This document shows, one piece after another, positions 36,347 through 45,979 of a DNA stretch of 64,000 nucleotides. The stretch comes from Thermoanaerobaculales bacterium. Lineage in GTDB: Bacteria; Acidobacteriota; Thermoanaerobaculia; Thermoanaerobaculales; Sulfomarinibacteraceae. The notes under the pieces were generated by a model. The model saw only the letters and a list, made by a program, of their open reading frames with translations. It did no database searches and was not told the DNA's origin. The DNA lies in assembly GCA_035358815.1 (NCBI GenBank), contig DAOPQC010000009.1, forward strand, positions 2,405 through 66,404, given 5' to 3'. A program made the position numbers and the translations under genes. Numbering within the stretch: the first letter of the stretch is position 1; the number at the start of each line of letters is the position of its first letter.

Positions 36347-38491
36347 TCACCGCCGGTGAGAACCGGACGACGGTCGCGAGCTCGTCGCCCCGCCGCCGGA
36401 GCTCCCCGCGTGCGATCGGGAGGTCGCGCCGCTCCCGGCCGAGCGGGGCGCTGACGAGGAACCGCGAGCCGAGGCCGTCGGGTTGCGAGGCGCGGGCCGG
36501 CTCGAGCTGACGGTCGGGCCGGTGCGGGACGGCGCGGAGCGCGGCACGATCACCGGGCTCTGCGATCCGCCGCCACCTGCCGGCCCCGGCATCACCCGGC
36601 TGCTCGGCGCTCGGTAGCGGGAGCCCAGGTCGACCGGCTGCCGGGCGAGGCTGCCGCCCCTCAGGTAGGGGGACGCAGCCTGCGCGCCTGACGGGCTCCC
36701 GGCCGACGCCGGCCGTGACCGCGGAACGAAGGGGTTGCTGGCGACGGACCCGCTGTGGACCCGGCTGTTCGTCCCCCCGCCGGTGGACGGGCGAGCCGTG
36801 CCTGCTGCCGGCTGCCCGGAACCCCCGTGCAGGGGCGACGACGGCGACGTGGTCAGCACGCGCCGGTCGGTGGCCGTCTCCGCGGCCCGGGGGGCCGCGG
36901 TCCCGCGCGCCGCGGTTGAGCCGGCCGCCGTCTCGCGAGGCGCGTTGGTGCGGACCGTCGTGCTCCGCGATCCGGCCGAGCGCCGCGTGACCGCCTCGAG
37001 GGTCGTCGGCTCGACGAGCCGCAGCGCGTCCTCGCCGCGCAGGCTCGCGTCGCGCGCCATGACCGGTGTGATGTCGCGGGTGGTGCCGCGCTCGACGTCG
37101 CGGAAGACCCGCTCGAGCTCGGCTGACGGGCGCGCCATCGACGGCGGCGCGGTGGCCAGGGCATCGGACATGACGACGCCCATGGCGTCCTGGCCGCGCA
37201 GCGCGCTCTCGCCCGGCTGCACGAGCCGGGACAGGTGCGGGCTCGCGAAGTCCCGGGTCGAGATGACGTTCCAACCGGCGCGGTCGATCCCGGCCACGCG
37301 CACCCGGCCCTTGAGATCGAGCGCCACCTCGTTCGGCCGGGTGATCGCGGCGCGATGGACGTCTCTCGCGGACCCGCCTTCGCCCCCGCTGCCCGGGCGC
37401 GGAATCGCGTCCCGCCGCGGCGGCTGGCCTCCCCCGCCGCCGGGGTGGCCGGGGTAAGGATCGTAGGGGTAGCCGTAGTAGTAGCCGTAGCTCGGCCAGT
37501 ACCATCCCCAGTAGTAGCCGCACGGGGCCCAGCCGACGTAGCCGGGCCACCAGCACCAGCTCACCCAGGCCGGGCTCCAGTAGGGCTGCCAGCCCCAGAC
37601 CCAGCCGAAGCCGGCAGCGAAGTACCACGAGCCGTAGTGGTACGGCAGCCAGCCCCAGGGCTCGTAGGAGATCCACGACCATCCGGGCTCGGTCCAGTAC
37701 CAGCGCCCGGCGGTGTAGGGACGCCACGAGTCGTCCACGGTCGGCTGCCAGGCCCAGGTGTTGTACTCGGAGACGTAGACCCAGTTGCCGTAGTTGTCGA
37801 GCTGGGCGGCCTGGCGGTCGTAGCGGGCGTCGACGTGGACCGCGCTCTCGCCGCGGATGACCTGCCGGCGCTGCTCGACCCAGCTTGCGAAGTCGTCGCC
37901 GATGTTCAGCACGGACTCGGAGCCGACCACCTCGCCGCCGCTCACCAGGGTCGCTGACTGGGCGCGCACGAGCACGCCGCCCGCGATGGTGGAGGCCTCG
38001 GCGAGCCCTTCCCACACCTCGACCCGGAGGCCCTCGGAGGGCAGCGCCTCCACCCGGTAAAGCCCGGTGTCGTTGAGGTAGACGGTGGCGGACCGGCCAT
38101 CGATGCGGACCGGCTGGTTGGTCAACCGATGGGGGCCGACCTCGACCACGATCGTGCCCTCGCCGAGGAACAGCACGGTCTGCTCGGCGTTGACGTCGCG
38201 GCTGAACGCCACGGCGTCGAGGCTAAGGGTCGTGTACTCGTCGATCCAGACCGCGTTCCCGTCGGCGAGCATGACCTCCATCCGCGCCTCGCGGGCGGTG
38301 TCGATGCGGTCCCCCGGAGCGAGCGGCATGTTGATGACGGCCTCGATGCTGTCCTGCTGGGTCGCCGGCTGGACGGTGGCGTAGCGCTCGAGGTAGGAGA
38401 TGTAGCTCAGCGAGGTCAGCTCGTCCCCTTCGGAGGCCAGCAGCGGCCCCGCGACCCCGGCCAGGAGTGCCGTCAGTAGGAGCTTCCTCAT
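36347..38491 (-). CDS. FecR-like domain protein with extreme W/Y-rich segment and ~330-aa low-complexity tail
   Basis: ATG 38491 follows gggaggtgg. Signal peptide MRKLLLTALLAGVAGPLLA. FecR-like beta-rich N-terminal domain. A W/Y/G-rich block (WYWTEPGWSWISYEPWGWLPYHYGSWY...GYYWGWYWPSYGYYYGYPYDPYPG), then an S/P/R/A-rich tail. Confidence 0.6.
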   Translation of the reverse strand: MRKLLLTALLAGVAGPLLASEGDELTSLSYISYLERYATVQPATQQDSIEAVINMPLAPGDRIDTAREARMEVMLADGNAVWIDEYTTLSLDAVAFSRDVNAEQTVLFLGEGTIVVEVGPHRLTNQPVRIDGRSATVYLNDTGLYRVEALPSEGLRVEVWEGLAEASTIAGGVLVRAQSATLVSGGEVVGSESVLNIGDDFASWVEQRRQVIRGESAVHVDARYDRQAAQLDNYGNWVYVSEYNTWAWQPTVDDSWRPYTAGRWYWTEPGWSWISYEPWGWLPYHYGSWYFAAGFGWVWGWQPYWSPAWVSWCWWPGYVGWAPCGYYWGWYWPSYGYYYGYPYDPYPGHPGGGGGQPPRRDAIPRPGSGGEGGSARDVHRAAITRPNEVALDLKGRVRVAGIDRAGWNVISTRDFASPHLSRLVQPGESALRGQDAMGVVMSDALATAPPSMARPSAELERVFRDVERGTTRDITPVMARDASLRGEDALRLVEPTTLEAVTRRSAGSRSTTVRTNAPRETAAGSTAARGTAAPRAAETATDRRVLTTSPSSPLHGGSGQPAAGTARPSTGGGTNSRVHSGSVASNPFVPRSRPASAGSPSGAQAASPYLRGGSLARQPVDLGSRYRAPSSRVMPGPAGGGGSQSPVIVPRSAPSRTGPTVSSSRPAPRNPTASARGSSSAPRSAGSGATSRSHAGSSGGGATSSRPSSGSHRR

Positions 38492-38564
38492 CGTCCACCT
38501 CCCGTTCCGCCAACAGGCAGTGCAACCGACGTGCCAGCGGGATTTCGGGAACGCGGTGCGTTCA

Positions 38565-38940
38565 CCCGTTTCCGTTTCCGTCTCCGCGCCCCTGCCCGAG
38601 ATGGCGCTCGTGCACCGTGCGGTCTCATCGGGGACGGAGACGGGCACGGAGACGGGCAGGGAGACGGGCAGGGACGCGGGCGGCGGCCATTTGACCTGTC
38701 ACCGGTCACCGATCACTCTCCCGGAGGCGGGAACGGGAACGGGAATCCGGCTTCGCCTTCCGGCTCCGTTCGGCGAACTCCGCCGTGACGAGTCGGCTCC
38801 GCCGTGACAAGCGGGGACGGGCACCCTTCGACTCGCGGCGCTGCGGCGCCGCTCGCTCAGGGCAGGCCCCTCGGGCTCGGAAGCGGAAGCGGGCGGGCGC
38901 CCAATCCCCCAGATCCCAGATCCTGGCCGGGTGGGGGCGG
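38565..38940. repeat. Mosaic intergenic repeat locus E
   Basis: C-arm cccgtttccgtttccgtctccgcgcccctgcccg at 38565-38598. 31-nt core. G-arm (GGAGACGGGCA-type) at 38630-38686. gggaacgggaacgggaat at 38729-38746. ggaagcggaagcgggcgggcgc at 38879-38900. cccagat x2 at 38908-38921. Confidence 0.8.
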
Positions 38941-38941
38941 A

Positions 38942-39646
38942 TCACCGAGGGTGGAGGCGGGAGATCTCGACGAGCTGCTGGGACTGGCGGACCTTGACCA
39001 GGGTGCCGGCGGGGTAGCAGCCGCCGCGCAGGGTCGCGTTGGGGTAGGTCACGCTGCCCGGCCCGAGCAGCACGCCGGGGTTGAGAACGGTGTTGCAGCC
39101 GGTCTTGCAGCCGTCGCCGAGCACCGCGCCGAACTTGCGCAATCCGGTGTGGACGATCTCGCCCCGGTGGTGGAAGGTGACCTCGCGGCCGACGTTCTTG
39201 ACGTTGGACAGGATGGTGCCGGCGCCGAGGTTGACGTCCCGGCCGAGCACCGAGTCGCCGACGTAGTTCTGGTGCGGGGCCTTGGCCCCGGGCAGCAGCA
39301 CCGAGCCCTTGACCTCGGTGTGGGCGCCGACCAGGCTGCCGCTGCCGAGCACCACGTGCTCGCGAACGTAGGCGCCGGTCCGCACCGTCACCCCGGCCTC
39401 GAGGACCGCGGGGCCGACGATGACCGCGCCCGGCTCGATCCGGCAGCCGGCGGCGATCGCGATCCGGTCGCCGAGGAGGTGCACCCCGACCGGCACCTCG
39501 ATCTCGACGTCCCATCGCGACCAGTCTTCGAGATACGCCCGGAGACGGTCGCCGAGGGCGCTCCACACCGGCGCGTCGAGGCCGAACAGGTCGCGGTGCG
39601 GGAATCCCTCGAGGTCGAAGAACTGGCTGGCGCTCAGCTCGTTCAT
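38942..39646 (-). CDS. Left-handed beta-helix (hexapeptide-repeat) transferase, GlmU C-terminal-domain-like
   Basis: Continuous [LIV]-G-x4 hexapeptide periodicity (IEPGAVIVGPAVLEAGVTVRTGAYVREHVVLGSGSLVGAHTEVKGSVLL...). Confidence 0.7.
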   Translation of the reverse strand: MNELSASQFFDLEGFPHRDLFGLDAPVWSALGDRLRAYLEDWSRWDVEIEVPVGVHLLGDRIAIAAGCRIEPGAVIVGPAVLEAGVTVRTGAYVREHVVLGSGSLVGAHTEVKGSVLLPGAKAPHQNYVGDSVLGRDVNLGAGTILSNVKNVGREVTFHHRGEIVHTGLRKFGAVLGDGCKTGCNTVLNPGVLLGPGSVTYPNATLRGGCYPAGTLVKVRQSQQLVEISRLHPR

Positions 39647-40875
39647 GCCGGAGCCTCCTCGAGCTCCTCGGCTCGGCGCTTGACCACGACCACCGTCTGG
39701 TCGTCGGTGGGGTGCGACGTCTGGCTGAACTCTGCGAGATCGGCGATCACCCGCTCGACGATCGCCACCGGGTCGCGCCGGCGCGCCGTGTGCACGACGT
39801 GCAGCAGCCGGTCCTCGCCGTACTCCTCGGTCGACCCTGGAGCCCTGGCCTCGATGACGCCGTCGGTGTACAGGACGAGCAGCTCACCCGGATCGATCTG
39901 GGTGATGCCGATCTCGTAGGTGGCTGACGGCGTCGGGCCGATGATCATGCCGCCCGTCTGCAGCCGGTCGGTGAGCCCGTCGTCGTGGATCAGCAGGGCC
40001 GGCGGGTGCCCGGCGTTGCAGTAGAGCACGGTGCCGTTGGCGTGAAGCTCGGCGAGGAACAGGGAGACGAACTTGGTGGCGAGGCGGCTGCGGTGGATGA
40101 TCGTGTTGAGTCGCTCGACGGTGGCGGTCAGCTTGAACTCCCGCGACAGGCCCATGCGCAGGCCGGTGAAGACGTCGCGAACCTGGAGGGCGGCGGGCAG
40201 GCCGTGGCCGGTGGCGTCGGCGACCACCACCACGAAGAGGTCCTCGGCGAGGGTGATGACGTCGTAGAAGTCGCCGCCGACGACCTCGGCGGTCACGCTG
40301 CGGGCGGCGATCTCGAAATCGCCGGTGCGAGGGAGGTGGCGCGGCAGGATCGAGCTCTGGATGAGCCGGGCCTCCTCCATGACCTCCTGCATTTGCTCGT
40401 CGCGCAGCTTCTGGTTGATCGCGAGGCGGATGATGTTGAGGGTCGCGATCAGGTCGTCGCGGACCTCGATGCCCTGCAGGATGTCGAAGGACAGCACGAA
40501 CCTGCCGTCGGCCACCGACACCGCGGCGAACCAGTCGCGCGTTCCGAGGTCGGCCTCGAGGCGCTGGTCGAGCCGTGCGTCGTCCCGGGACATGACCAGC
40601 GACCCGGTGTCGAGCAGCTGCTCGAAAGGCGGGTAGGTCCGCCAGATCCGCAAGCCGAGCGGCGCCTTGGCGACGTCGCCGAAGGTGGTCACCAGCTCGT
40701 AGCTGCCGTTGTCCTGCGAGTAGATCCGACCGCCGCGGATTCCGAGGTCCTCGGCGAAGACCCGCGCCAGGAGCTGCGCGGTGTCGTGGATGGTCTCGAG
40801 CGGCGTCGAACCCAGCGCGATCGTCTCCAGCGCCTGCTCGATGCGCCGGAAGAGGGAGATGGAACGACGCGGCAT
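39643..40875 (-). CDS. PP2C/SpoIIE-family serine phosphatase with N-terminal GAF-like sensor domain
   Basis: ATG 40875. Motifs GDFYDV, VVADATGHG, and LVLYTDGVIEA...DDQTVVVV. Its stop overlaps the start of the LbH gene by 4 nt. Confidence 0.8.
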   Translation of the reverse strand: MPRRSISLFRRIEQALETIALGSTPLETIHDTAQLLARVFAEDLGIRGGRIYSQDNGSYELVTTFGDVAKAPLGLRIWRTYPPFEQLLDTGSLVMSRDDARLDQRLEADLGTRDWFAAVSVADGRFVLSFDILQGIEVRDDLIATLNIIRLAINQKLRDEQMQEVMEEARLIQSSILPRHLPRTGDFEIAARSVTAEVVGGDFYDVITLAEDLFVVVVADATGHGLPAALQVRDVFTGLRMGLSREFKLTATVERLNTIIHRSRLATKFVSLFLAELHANGTVLYCNAGHPPALLIHDDGLTDRLQTGGMIIGPTPSATYEIGITQIDPGELLVLYTDGVIEARAPGSTEEYGEDRLLHVVHTARRRDPVAIVERVIADLAEFSQTSHPTDDQTVVVVKRRAEELEEAPA

Positions 40876-40942
40876 GACCGGATCATGCCACGGGACCGAG
40901 CGCCAGCACAAGAACGCCGGTCCCCGAGAGCCAGGTGGTATC

Positions 40943-41461
40943 ATGCGCGCCGGCGTTCGCGCCGCAGGAGGTCGAGTGTCGCGAGCTCTGGCGCTCGGTT
41001 CGGTCGTGCTCGTGGTGGCTGTCGCAGCCGGCTGCGGCGGTCGCCGGGACGGCGCGCCGTCCCCGCAGGTCGATCAGGCGGTGACCTCGCACGCCCGCGC
41101 CGAGGTCAAGTGGGAGACCGATTGGAGCCGCGCCTTCGAGCGAGCGCGACGCGAAGGCAAGCCGGTGCTGGTGAACTTCTACGCGGAGTGGTGCGTCTGG
41201 TGCAAGCACCTCGAGACGATCACCTTTCGCGATCAGAAGGTCGCGGCCCTGCTCGCGGAGCGGGTGGTGCCGCTCAGCGTCGACATCGACGGCGACGTCC
41301 AGCAGCTGATCCGCGATCACCGCATCGAGGCCCCGCCGACGATCGTGGTGTTCGACCCGGCCGGGGCGGAGCTGGGGCGCATCCCCGGCTACCTGCCGCC
41401 CACCGGCTTCCTCGGCACCGTCGAGCGGATGCTGGCGGCCCCGCCGCCCGCCTCGAGCTGA
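40943..41461 (+). CDS. Exported thioredoxin-fold protein (CxxC)
   Basis: Lipoprotein-like signal VVAVAAGCGG. Active site FYAEWCVWCK. cis-Pro region APPTIVVFD. Confidence 0.75.
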   Translation: MRAGVRAAGGRVSRALALGSVVLVVAVAAGCGGRRDGAPSPQVDQAVTSHARAEVKWETDWSRAFERARREGKPVLVNFYAEWCVWCKHLETITFRDQKVAALLAERVVPLSVDIDGDVQQLIRDHRIEAPPTIVVFDPAGAELGRIPGYLPPTGFLGTVERMLAAPPPASS

Positions 41462-41596
41462 TCGGCGCCGGCCGAGGCCGCGCCGGGTGCGGGCGCCCGG
41501 CGGCGGCACGAACCGGTCAGAATGCGCGCAGCGCCCTCCGAGCACCGTGCGGGGCCACGCCAGCCACGACGACCCCGCTCGGAGCCCGTCCAGCGG

Positions 41597-44041
41597 CTAA
41601 TCGTCGTCCGATTCGGAGCGCCGGTTCGCGACCTCGACGGCTGCCGGGCTCGGCATCGGCTCTCCGGGCCGCGGCGTGTAGAAGGCGAGCTGGAAGGGCC
41701 ACGGCATCTCGGTAAGGTTCGCCGGCCGCGCGCCGCACTCGCTCGGAGCCGGCTCGGTGCTGTCCAGGAAGGCCTCGAGAACCACGGCGCCGTGGTTCGG
41801 GCACGGCGGGATCGCGCTCTCTCCGGTGGCATAGTCCACCGGGGTGAAGACGATCCCCGAGGGGATCGGAAAGGTCTCGGTCCGGGCGCCGGCGTCGACG
41901 GTTGCGAGGTAGGCCTTGATGAAGTCGTTCCACAGCGGCTGCGCCGCGACCGCGCCGGTCATGTTGCGGCCGATCGGCTGCTTGAGGTCCCTGCCGACCC
42001 AGACCCCGACCGTCAGCCGCGGGGTGAACCCGACGAACCAGGCGTCCGAGAACTTGTCGGTGGTTCCGGTCTTGCCGGCCAGATTGGCCTCGATGGCCTG
42101 CGCCGACACACCGGTGCCGCGGTCGATCACCCCCTCGAGCACGCTCAGGGCGAGGTAGGCGGCAGGCGCCGAGATGGCGCGCTGGCTGCGCGGGAAGAAG
42201 CGCTCGACCTGCCGGCCGTCACGGTCGTAGACCGCGGTGATCGCGTAGGGCTCCGGGACCTCCCCCAGGTTGGCGATCCCGGCGTAGGCACGGACCAGGT
42301 CGACGAGCCGCACCTCGAGGGCGCCGAGGGCGAGTGACGGGAAGGGATGCAGCTCGGTGCTGACGCCGAAGCGCTTGGCCATCGCCACCACCGCATCACC
42401 GCCGACCAGCTGCTGGAGCTTGACCGCCGATGCGTTGTAGCTGTGCTCGAGCGCCCGGCGGAGTGTGGTGACGCCGTAGTACCTGTTGTAGTAGTTCCTC
42501 GGGCAGTAGGCGAGCTGGCCGGTCGAGTCGGGGAGCAGAAACGGTGCGTCGAAGATGGTGTCCGCCGGGGTGAATCCCTGCTCGAACGCGGTCAGATAGA
42601 CGAACGGCTTGAAGGCCGAGCCGCACTGCAGGGTCGACTGGACCGCGCGGTTGAACTCGGAGCGCTCGAAGTCGAAGCCCCCGACCATGGCCAGGATCGC
42701 CCCGGTGCTGTTGTCCATGGCGACGAGCGCGCCCTCGACCTTCGGCTCCTGGAGCAGCTCGACCGGGATCGGCGCCGCCGGGTCCGCCGGAAGCTCCTCC
42801 GGCAGGCCGACCAGCACGAGGCTCCCCGGCCGGAGGATCCGGATCAGCGAGCTGGTGCCGGTCCAGCGGGCGCCGGCGAGGTCCAGCGTCGCCTGCCGGC
42901 CCGCGACTCGCAGGGCCGCCCGGTCGCTCGAGACTCGCTGGACCACGGCACGGACGATGGCGCTCGGCTGCAGCTCGAGGTGGGACCACGAAGGGTCCCG
43001 GTAGGCATCGGGAGACTCCGCGAGGCCCTGGTCGACGACGTTGGGTGGCGTTCGATAGCCGGCCACCCTCTTCTCGAGGTTGACGAGCCCGCGGCGCACG
43101 ACGCGCTCCGCGATCGCCTGCAGCTCCGGGTCCATGGTGACGTGGACCCGTAGGCCGCCGGTGTAGAGCTCGCTGGTGCCGTACCTCTCCCCGACCTCCT
43201 TGCGCACCATCTCGAGGAAGTAGGCGCCGTTCGCGATGTACTCCCGGTGCAGCCCCACGTTGAGCGGCGTCGCGACCGCGGCGGCGTGCTCCTGCCGGTC
43301 GATGAAACCGAGCTCCCGCATCCGGTCGAGCACCTTGTTGCGGCGCTGCAGCGCCGCCTCGGGGCGGGTGAACGGGTTGTAGAGGTTGTTGGCGCTCGGG
43401 ATGATGCCCGCGAGCAGCGCCGCCTCCGGCAGCGTCAGCTCGAGCGCCGGCTTGGCGAAGTAGAGCCGCGCCGCCGCCTCGACCCCGTAGGCGCCGTGCC
43501 CGAAGAAGATCTGGTTGGCGTAGAAGGTCAGGATCTGTTCCTTGGTGTAGCGCTTCTCGATGTCGATCGCGAGCAGCGCCTCCTTGATCTTGCGCTGCAG
43601 GGTGTTCTCCCGCTCCAGGAACAGGTTGAGCGCGAGCTGCTGGGTGAGGGTCGAGCCGCCCTGGGTGATGACCCGGTCGCGCCCGGACACCAGGTTGCGC
43701 AGGATCACGGCCGCCGCCCGGACGATCGCCTTGGGGTCGACGCCCCCGTGATCGAAGAACTCGGCGTCCTCGATGGCGACGATGGCCAGCTTGAGATGCT
43801 CGGGGATCTGGTCGGCGGTGAGCTCGATGCGCTGCTCGATGGCGTAGGAGGCCAGCTTCTGACCGTCCGGCCCGATGACCTCGGTGGTCACCGCCGGACG
43901 GAAGGTGGCGAGCTCATCGACCTGCGGCAGATGCACGAACTGGGCGAGGATCCAGCCCACGACCGCCCCGGCCGCGACCCCGGCAGCGGCCACCGCGGCG
44001 ACCTTCATCAGCAGGGGTTTCGACCGCTCCAGCGCGCCCAC
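41597..44041 (-). CDS. mrcA: Class A penicillin-binding protein 1A (glycosyltransferase + transpeptidase)
   Basis: GT51 motifs EDAEFFDHGGVD, GGSTLTQQ and RKIKEA. Transpeptidase motifs SAFKPF (SxxK) and KTGTT. Confidence 0.9.
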   Translation of the reverse strand: MGALERSKPLLMKVAAVAAAGVAAGAVVGWILAQFVHLPQVDELATFRPAVTTEVIGPDGQKLASYAIEQRIELTADQIPEHLKLAIVAIEDAEFFDHGGVDPKAIVRAAAVILRNLVSGRDRVITQGGSTLTQQLALNLFLERENTLQRKIKEALLAIDIEKRYTKEQILTFYANQIFFGHGAYGVEAAARLYFAKPALELTLPEAALLAGIIPSANNLYNPFTRPEAALQRRNKVLDRMRELGFIDRQEHAAAVATPLNVGLHREYIANGAYFLEMVRKEVGERYGTSELYTGGLRVHVTMDPELQAIAERVVRRGLVNLEKRVAGYRTPPNVVDQGLAESPDAYRDPSWSHLELQPSAIVRAVVQRVSSDRAALRVAGRQATLDLAGARWTGTSSLIRILRPGSLVLVGLPEELPADPAAPIPVELLQEPKVEGALVAMDNSTGAILAMVGGFDFERSEFNRAVQSTLQCGSAFKPFVYLTAFEQGFTPADTIFDAPFLLPDSTGQLAYCPRNYYNRYYGVTTLRRALEHSYNASAVKLQQLVGGDAVVAMAKRFGVSTELHPFPSLALGALEVRLVDLVRAYAGIANLGEVPEPYAITAVYDRDGRQVERFFPRSQRAISAPAAYLALSVLEGVIDRGTGVSAQAIEANLAGKTGTTDKFSDAWFVGFTPRLTVGVWVGRDLKQPIGRNMTGAVAAQPLWNDFIKAYLATVDAGARTETFPIPSGIVFTPVDYATGESAIPPCPNHGAVVLEAFLDSTEPAPSECGARPANLTEMPWPFQLAFYTPRPGEPMPSPAAVEVANRRSESDDD

Positions 44042-44153
44042 GTTGACAGGGTAGCAGAGGAAGCATGACCCGCTCGAGGCACGATCGTGGCGAAGCCGAG
44101 GCGGCGGTCGCTGGGTCGGAGGGGGCGGATCAGGTCGGCTGCATCGTGCTGCC

Positions 44154-45944
44154 TCAGGGGCGCACGAGCCAGCCGGCGGCGGTCCCGTCCTCGAACCCGC
44201 TGCCGAAGATCAGCGAGCCCGGGCCGGAGGGAGTCGGAGTCGGCGGCGGGGTGGGCGTGGCCACCGGCGTGCTGGTCGGCGTGGCGGTGGGCGGTACGGG
44301 CGTCGTCGTCGGAGTCGGGGTGGGAGTGTGGGTCGGCGGCGGCGGGGTGAGTGTGGGTGTGCTGGTCGGCGGCACCGGCGTCGCGGTGTCAGTGGCGGTG
44401 GCAGTGGGTGTCGGGGTGCTGGTCGGCGGCAGCGGCGTCGCCGTGGCGCTTGGGGTCGGCGTGCGGGTCGGTGTGGCGGTCGCGCTGCTGGTCGAGGTCG
44501 GGGTGCGGGTCGGTGTGGCGGTCGGCGGCACCGGCGTCGCTGTGGGGCTCGGCGTCGCCGTGCGGGTGGGCGTCGCCGTGGCGGTCGCGGTGTTGCTCGG
44601 GGTGCGGGTCGGCGTGGGCGTCGCGGTCCGGGTGGGCGTCGGCGTGCTGGTGCGAGTGGGCGTCGCCGTCGGCCCGCTGGTCACCGACAGCTCGAGCCGG
44701 TAGAGCTGGGCGCTGTCGGTGGCGTCGCCGGCGAGCTCGACGAAGTAGGTTCCCGGCCCGCTGGGCAGTGGCACGCTCGGCAGCGCCTCGGGCAGGCCGG
44801 CGCCGTTGGCGTCCGCGAACGCGAGCTCGGTGGTCCCGTTGACGTCGAGCACCCGCAGCGACAGGTCGTGGATGGCGAGCGAGTCGAACGAGCTCCCCGC
44901 GGTGCAGCTGCCGTTCGGGTTCTGGGGGCCGCTCAAGTAGGTCCAGCCGGTCGGCGTGACGGTGATCGAGAGCGAGGCGCCGCTGCCGACGGTGAGGCTG
45001 TAGTCGTCGTAGTCGGAGTCGTCGTCGACCGACAGGTTGTCGATGGTGAGCAGGCCCGTCGGCGTCCCCAGGGGGTACGCCGTGGACGGGTCGTCGTCGT
45101 GCTCGGCGCCGTCGCCGTAGCCGCGGTTGGCGGCCAGGATGTCGTCGTGCTGGGGCCCGTCGAAGGCGCTCGAGTAGTAGGGCTCCATCAGCTTGGTCTG
45201 GTTGACCGGGCAGACATGCTGCAGCCCGAGACCGTGGCCGTGCTCGTGGGCGACCACGTTGCGCAGCCGCAGCGAGTTGCCGGTGGTCACGGAGTAGAAC
45301 GAGTCGCCGGTGTCGATGACCATGTCCCCGACGTCGGGGTAGAAGTTGTAGCCGAGGATGCCGGAGTTGCCGTCGATGGTATGGCCGCCGAAGCGCACGT
45401 CGCCCCGCACGCCGAGTGATCCCGCCGAGTTGACGAAGGCCGCGCCGTCATCGCTCGGCTGGTAGAGGTAGCTGATGCCGGTCAGCTCGCCCCAGCGATC
45501 CAGCACCTGCTGGAGCAGCGCCAGCCAGGTGGCCTCGTCGCCGTAGATCCCGGTCAGGAAGGCGCGCAGGTTGCTTGGCGAGCTCGGCTCACCGGCGTAG
45601 CCGGGGATCGCGGTGCCGTCGGGGACGACGCTCCAGGTCAGGGTGGTGGGGTCGCCCTGGCCGAGCCCGCTGCCGTTGCTGGCCGTGCTCGACCAGCGGT
45701 TGGAGTCCGGGAACTGGTACTCGCCGAGCGGCGGGGCGGAGAGCGAGTGGGTCACCCGGGCCAGGGCGGCCTTCGCGATCGCCTGCTCGACGTACCACTG
45801 CGGGGTGCCGTCCTTGAAGCACAGCGCCGGCGCGGGCGGGGGGCCCGGCTGGGCCGGCGGGCGGTCCGCTGCGGCAGCGCAGGCGGCCGCGAGGAGCATC
45901 GCGATTCCGAGCGCCGCGGGCGCCCCGGGGCGTGCCGTGCTCAT
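44154..45944 (-). CDS. Secreted metzincin (matrixin/M10-like) zinc protease with PPC-like domain and ~150-aa Pro/Thr linker
   Basis: ATG 45944. Signal peptide ...[10 protein letters not shown]. Zinc site [13 protein letters not shown] (HExxHxxGxxH). Pro/Thr repeats. C-terminal tail [19 protein letters not shown]. Confidence 0.8.
   Translation of the reverse strand: MSTARPGAPAALGIAMLLAAACAAAADRPPAQPGPPPAPALCFKDGTPQWYVEQAIAKAALARVTHSLSAPPLGEYQFPDSNRWSSTASNGSGLGQGDPTTLTWSVVPDGTAIPGYAGEPSSPSNLRAFLTGIYGDEATWLALLQQVLDRWGELTGISYLYQPSDDGAAFVNSAGSLGVRGDVRFGGHTIDGNSGILGYNFYPDVGDMVIDTGDSFYSVTTGNSLRLRNVVAHEHGHGLGLQHVCPVNQTKLMEPYYSSAFDGPQHDDILAANRGYGDGAEHDDDPSTAYPLGTPTGLLTIDNLSVDDDSDYDDYSLTVGSGASLSITVTPTGWTYLSGPQNPNGSCTAGSSFDSLAIHDLSLRVLDVNGTTELAFADANGAGLPEALPSVPLPSGPGTYFVELAGDATDSAQLYRLELSVTSGPTATPTRTSTPTPTRTATPTPTRTPSNTATATATPTRTATPSPTATPVPPTATPTRTPTSTSSATATPTRTPTPSATATPLPPTSTPTPTATATDTATPVPPTSTPTLTPPPPTHTPTPTPTTTPVPPTATPTSTPVATPTPPPTPTPSGPGSLIFGSGFEDGTAAGWLVRP
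44229..44680 (-). repeat. Intragenic low-complexity Pro/Thr (TPTxT) repeat-coding region
   Basis: Encodes [55 protein letters not shown]... The mirror-frame ORF 44065..44703 (GV-rich) is its artefact. Confidence 0.85.
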
Positions 45945-45979
45945 GCGCCCTGTCTCCCCAATGCCGTGCGCCGACGCCC

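Noticed and set aside
44065-44703. GV-rich 212-aa ORF on the + strand.
   Set aside because: It is the mirror image of the Pro/Thr linker-coding region of the minus-strand metzincin gene.
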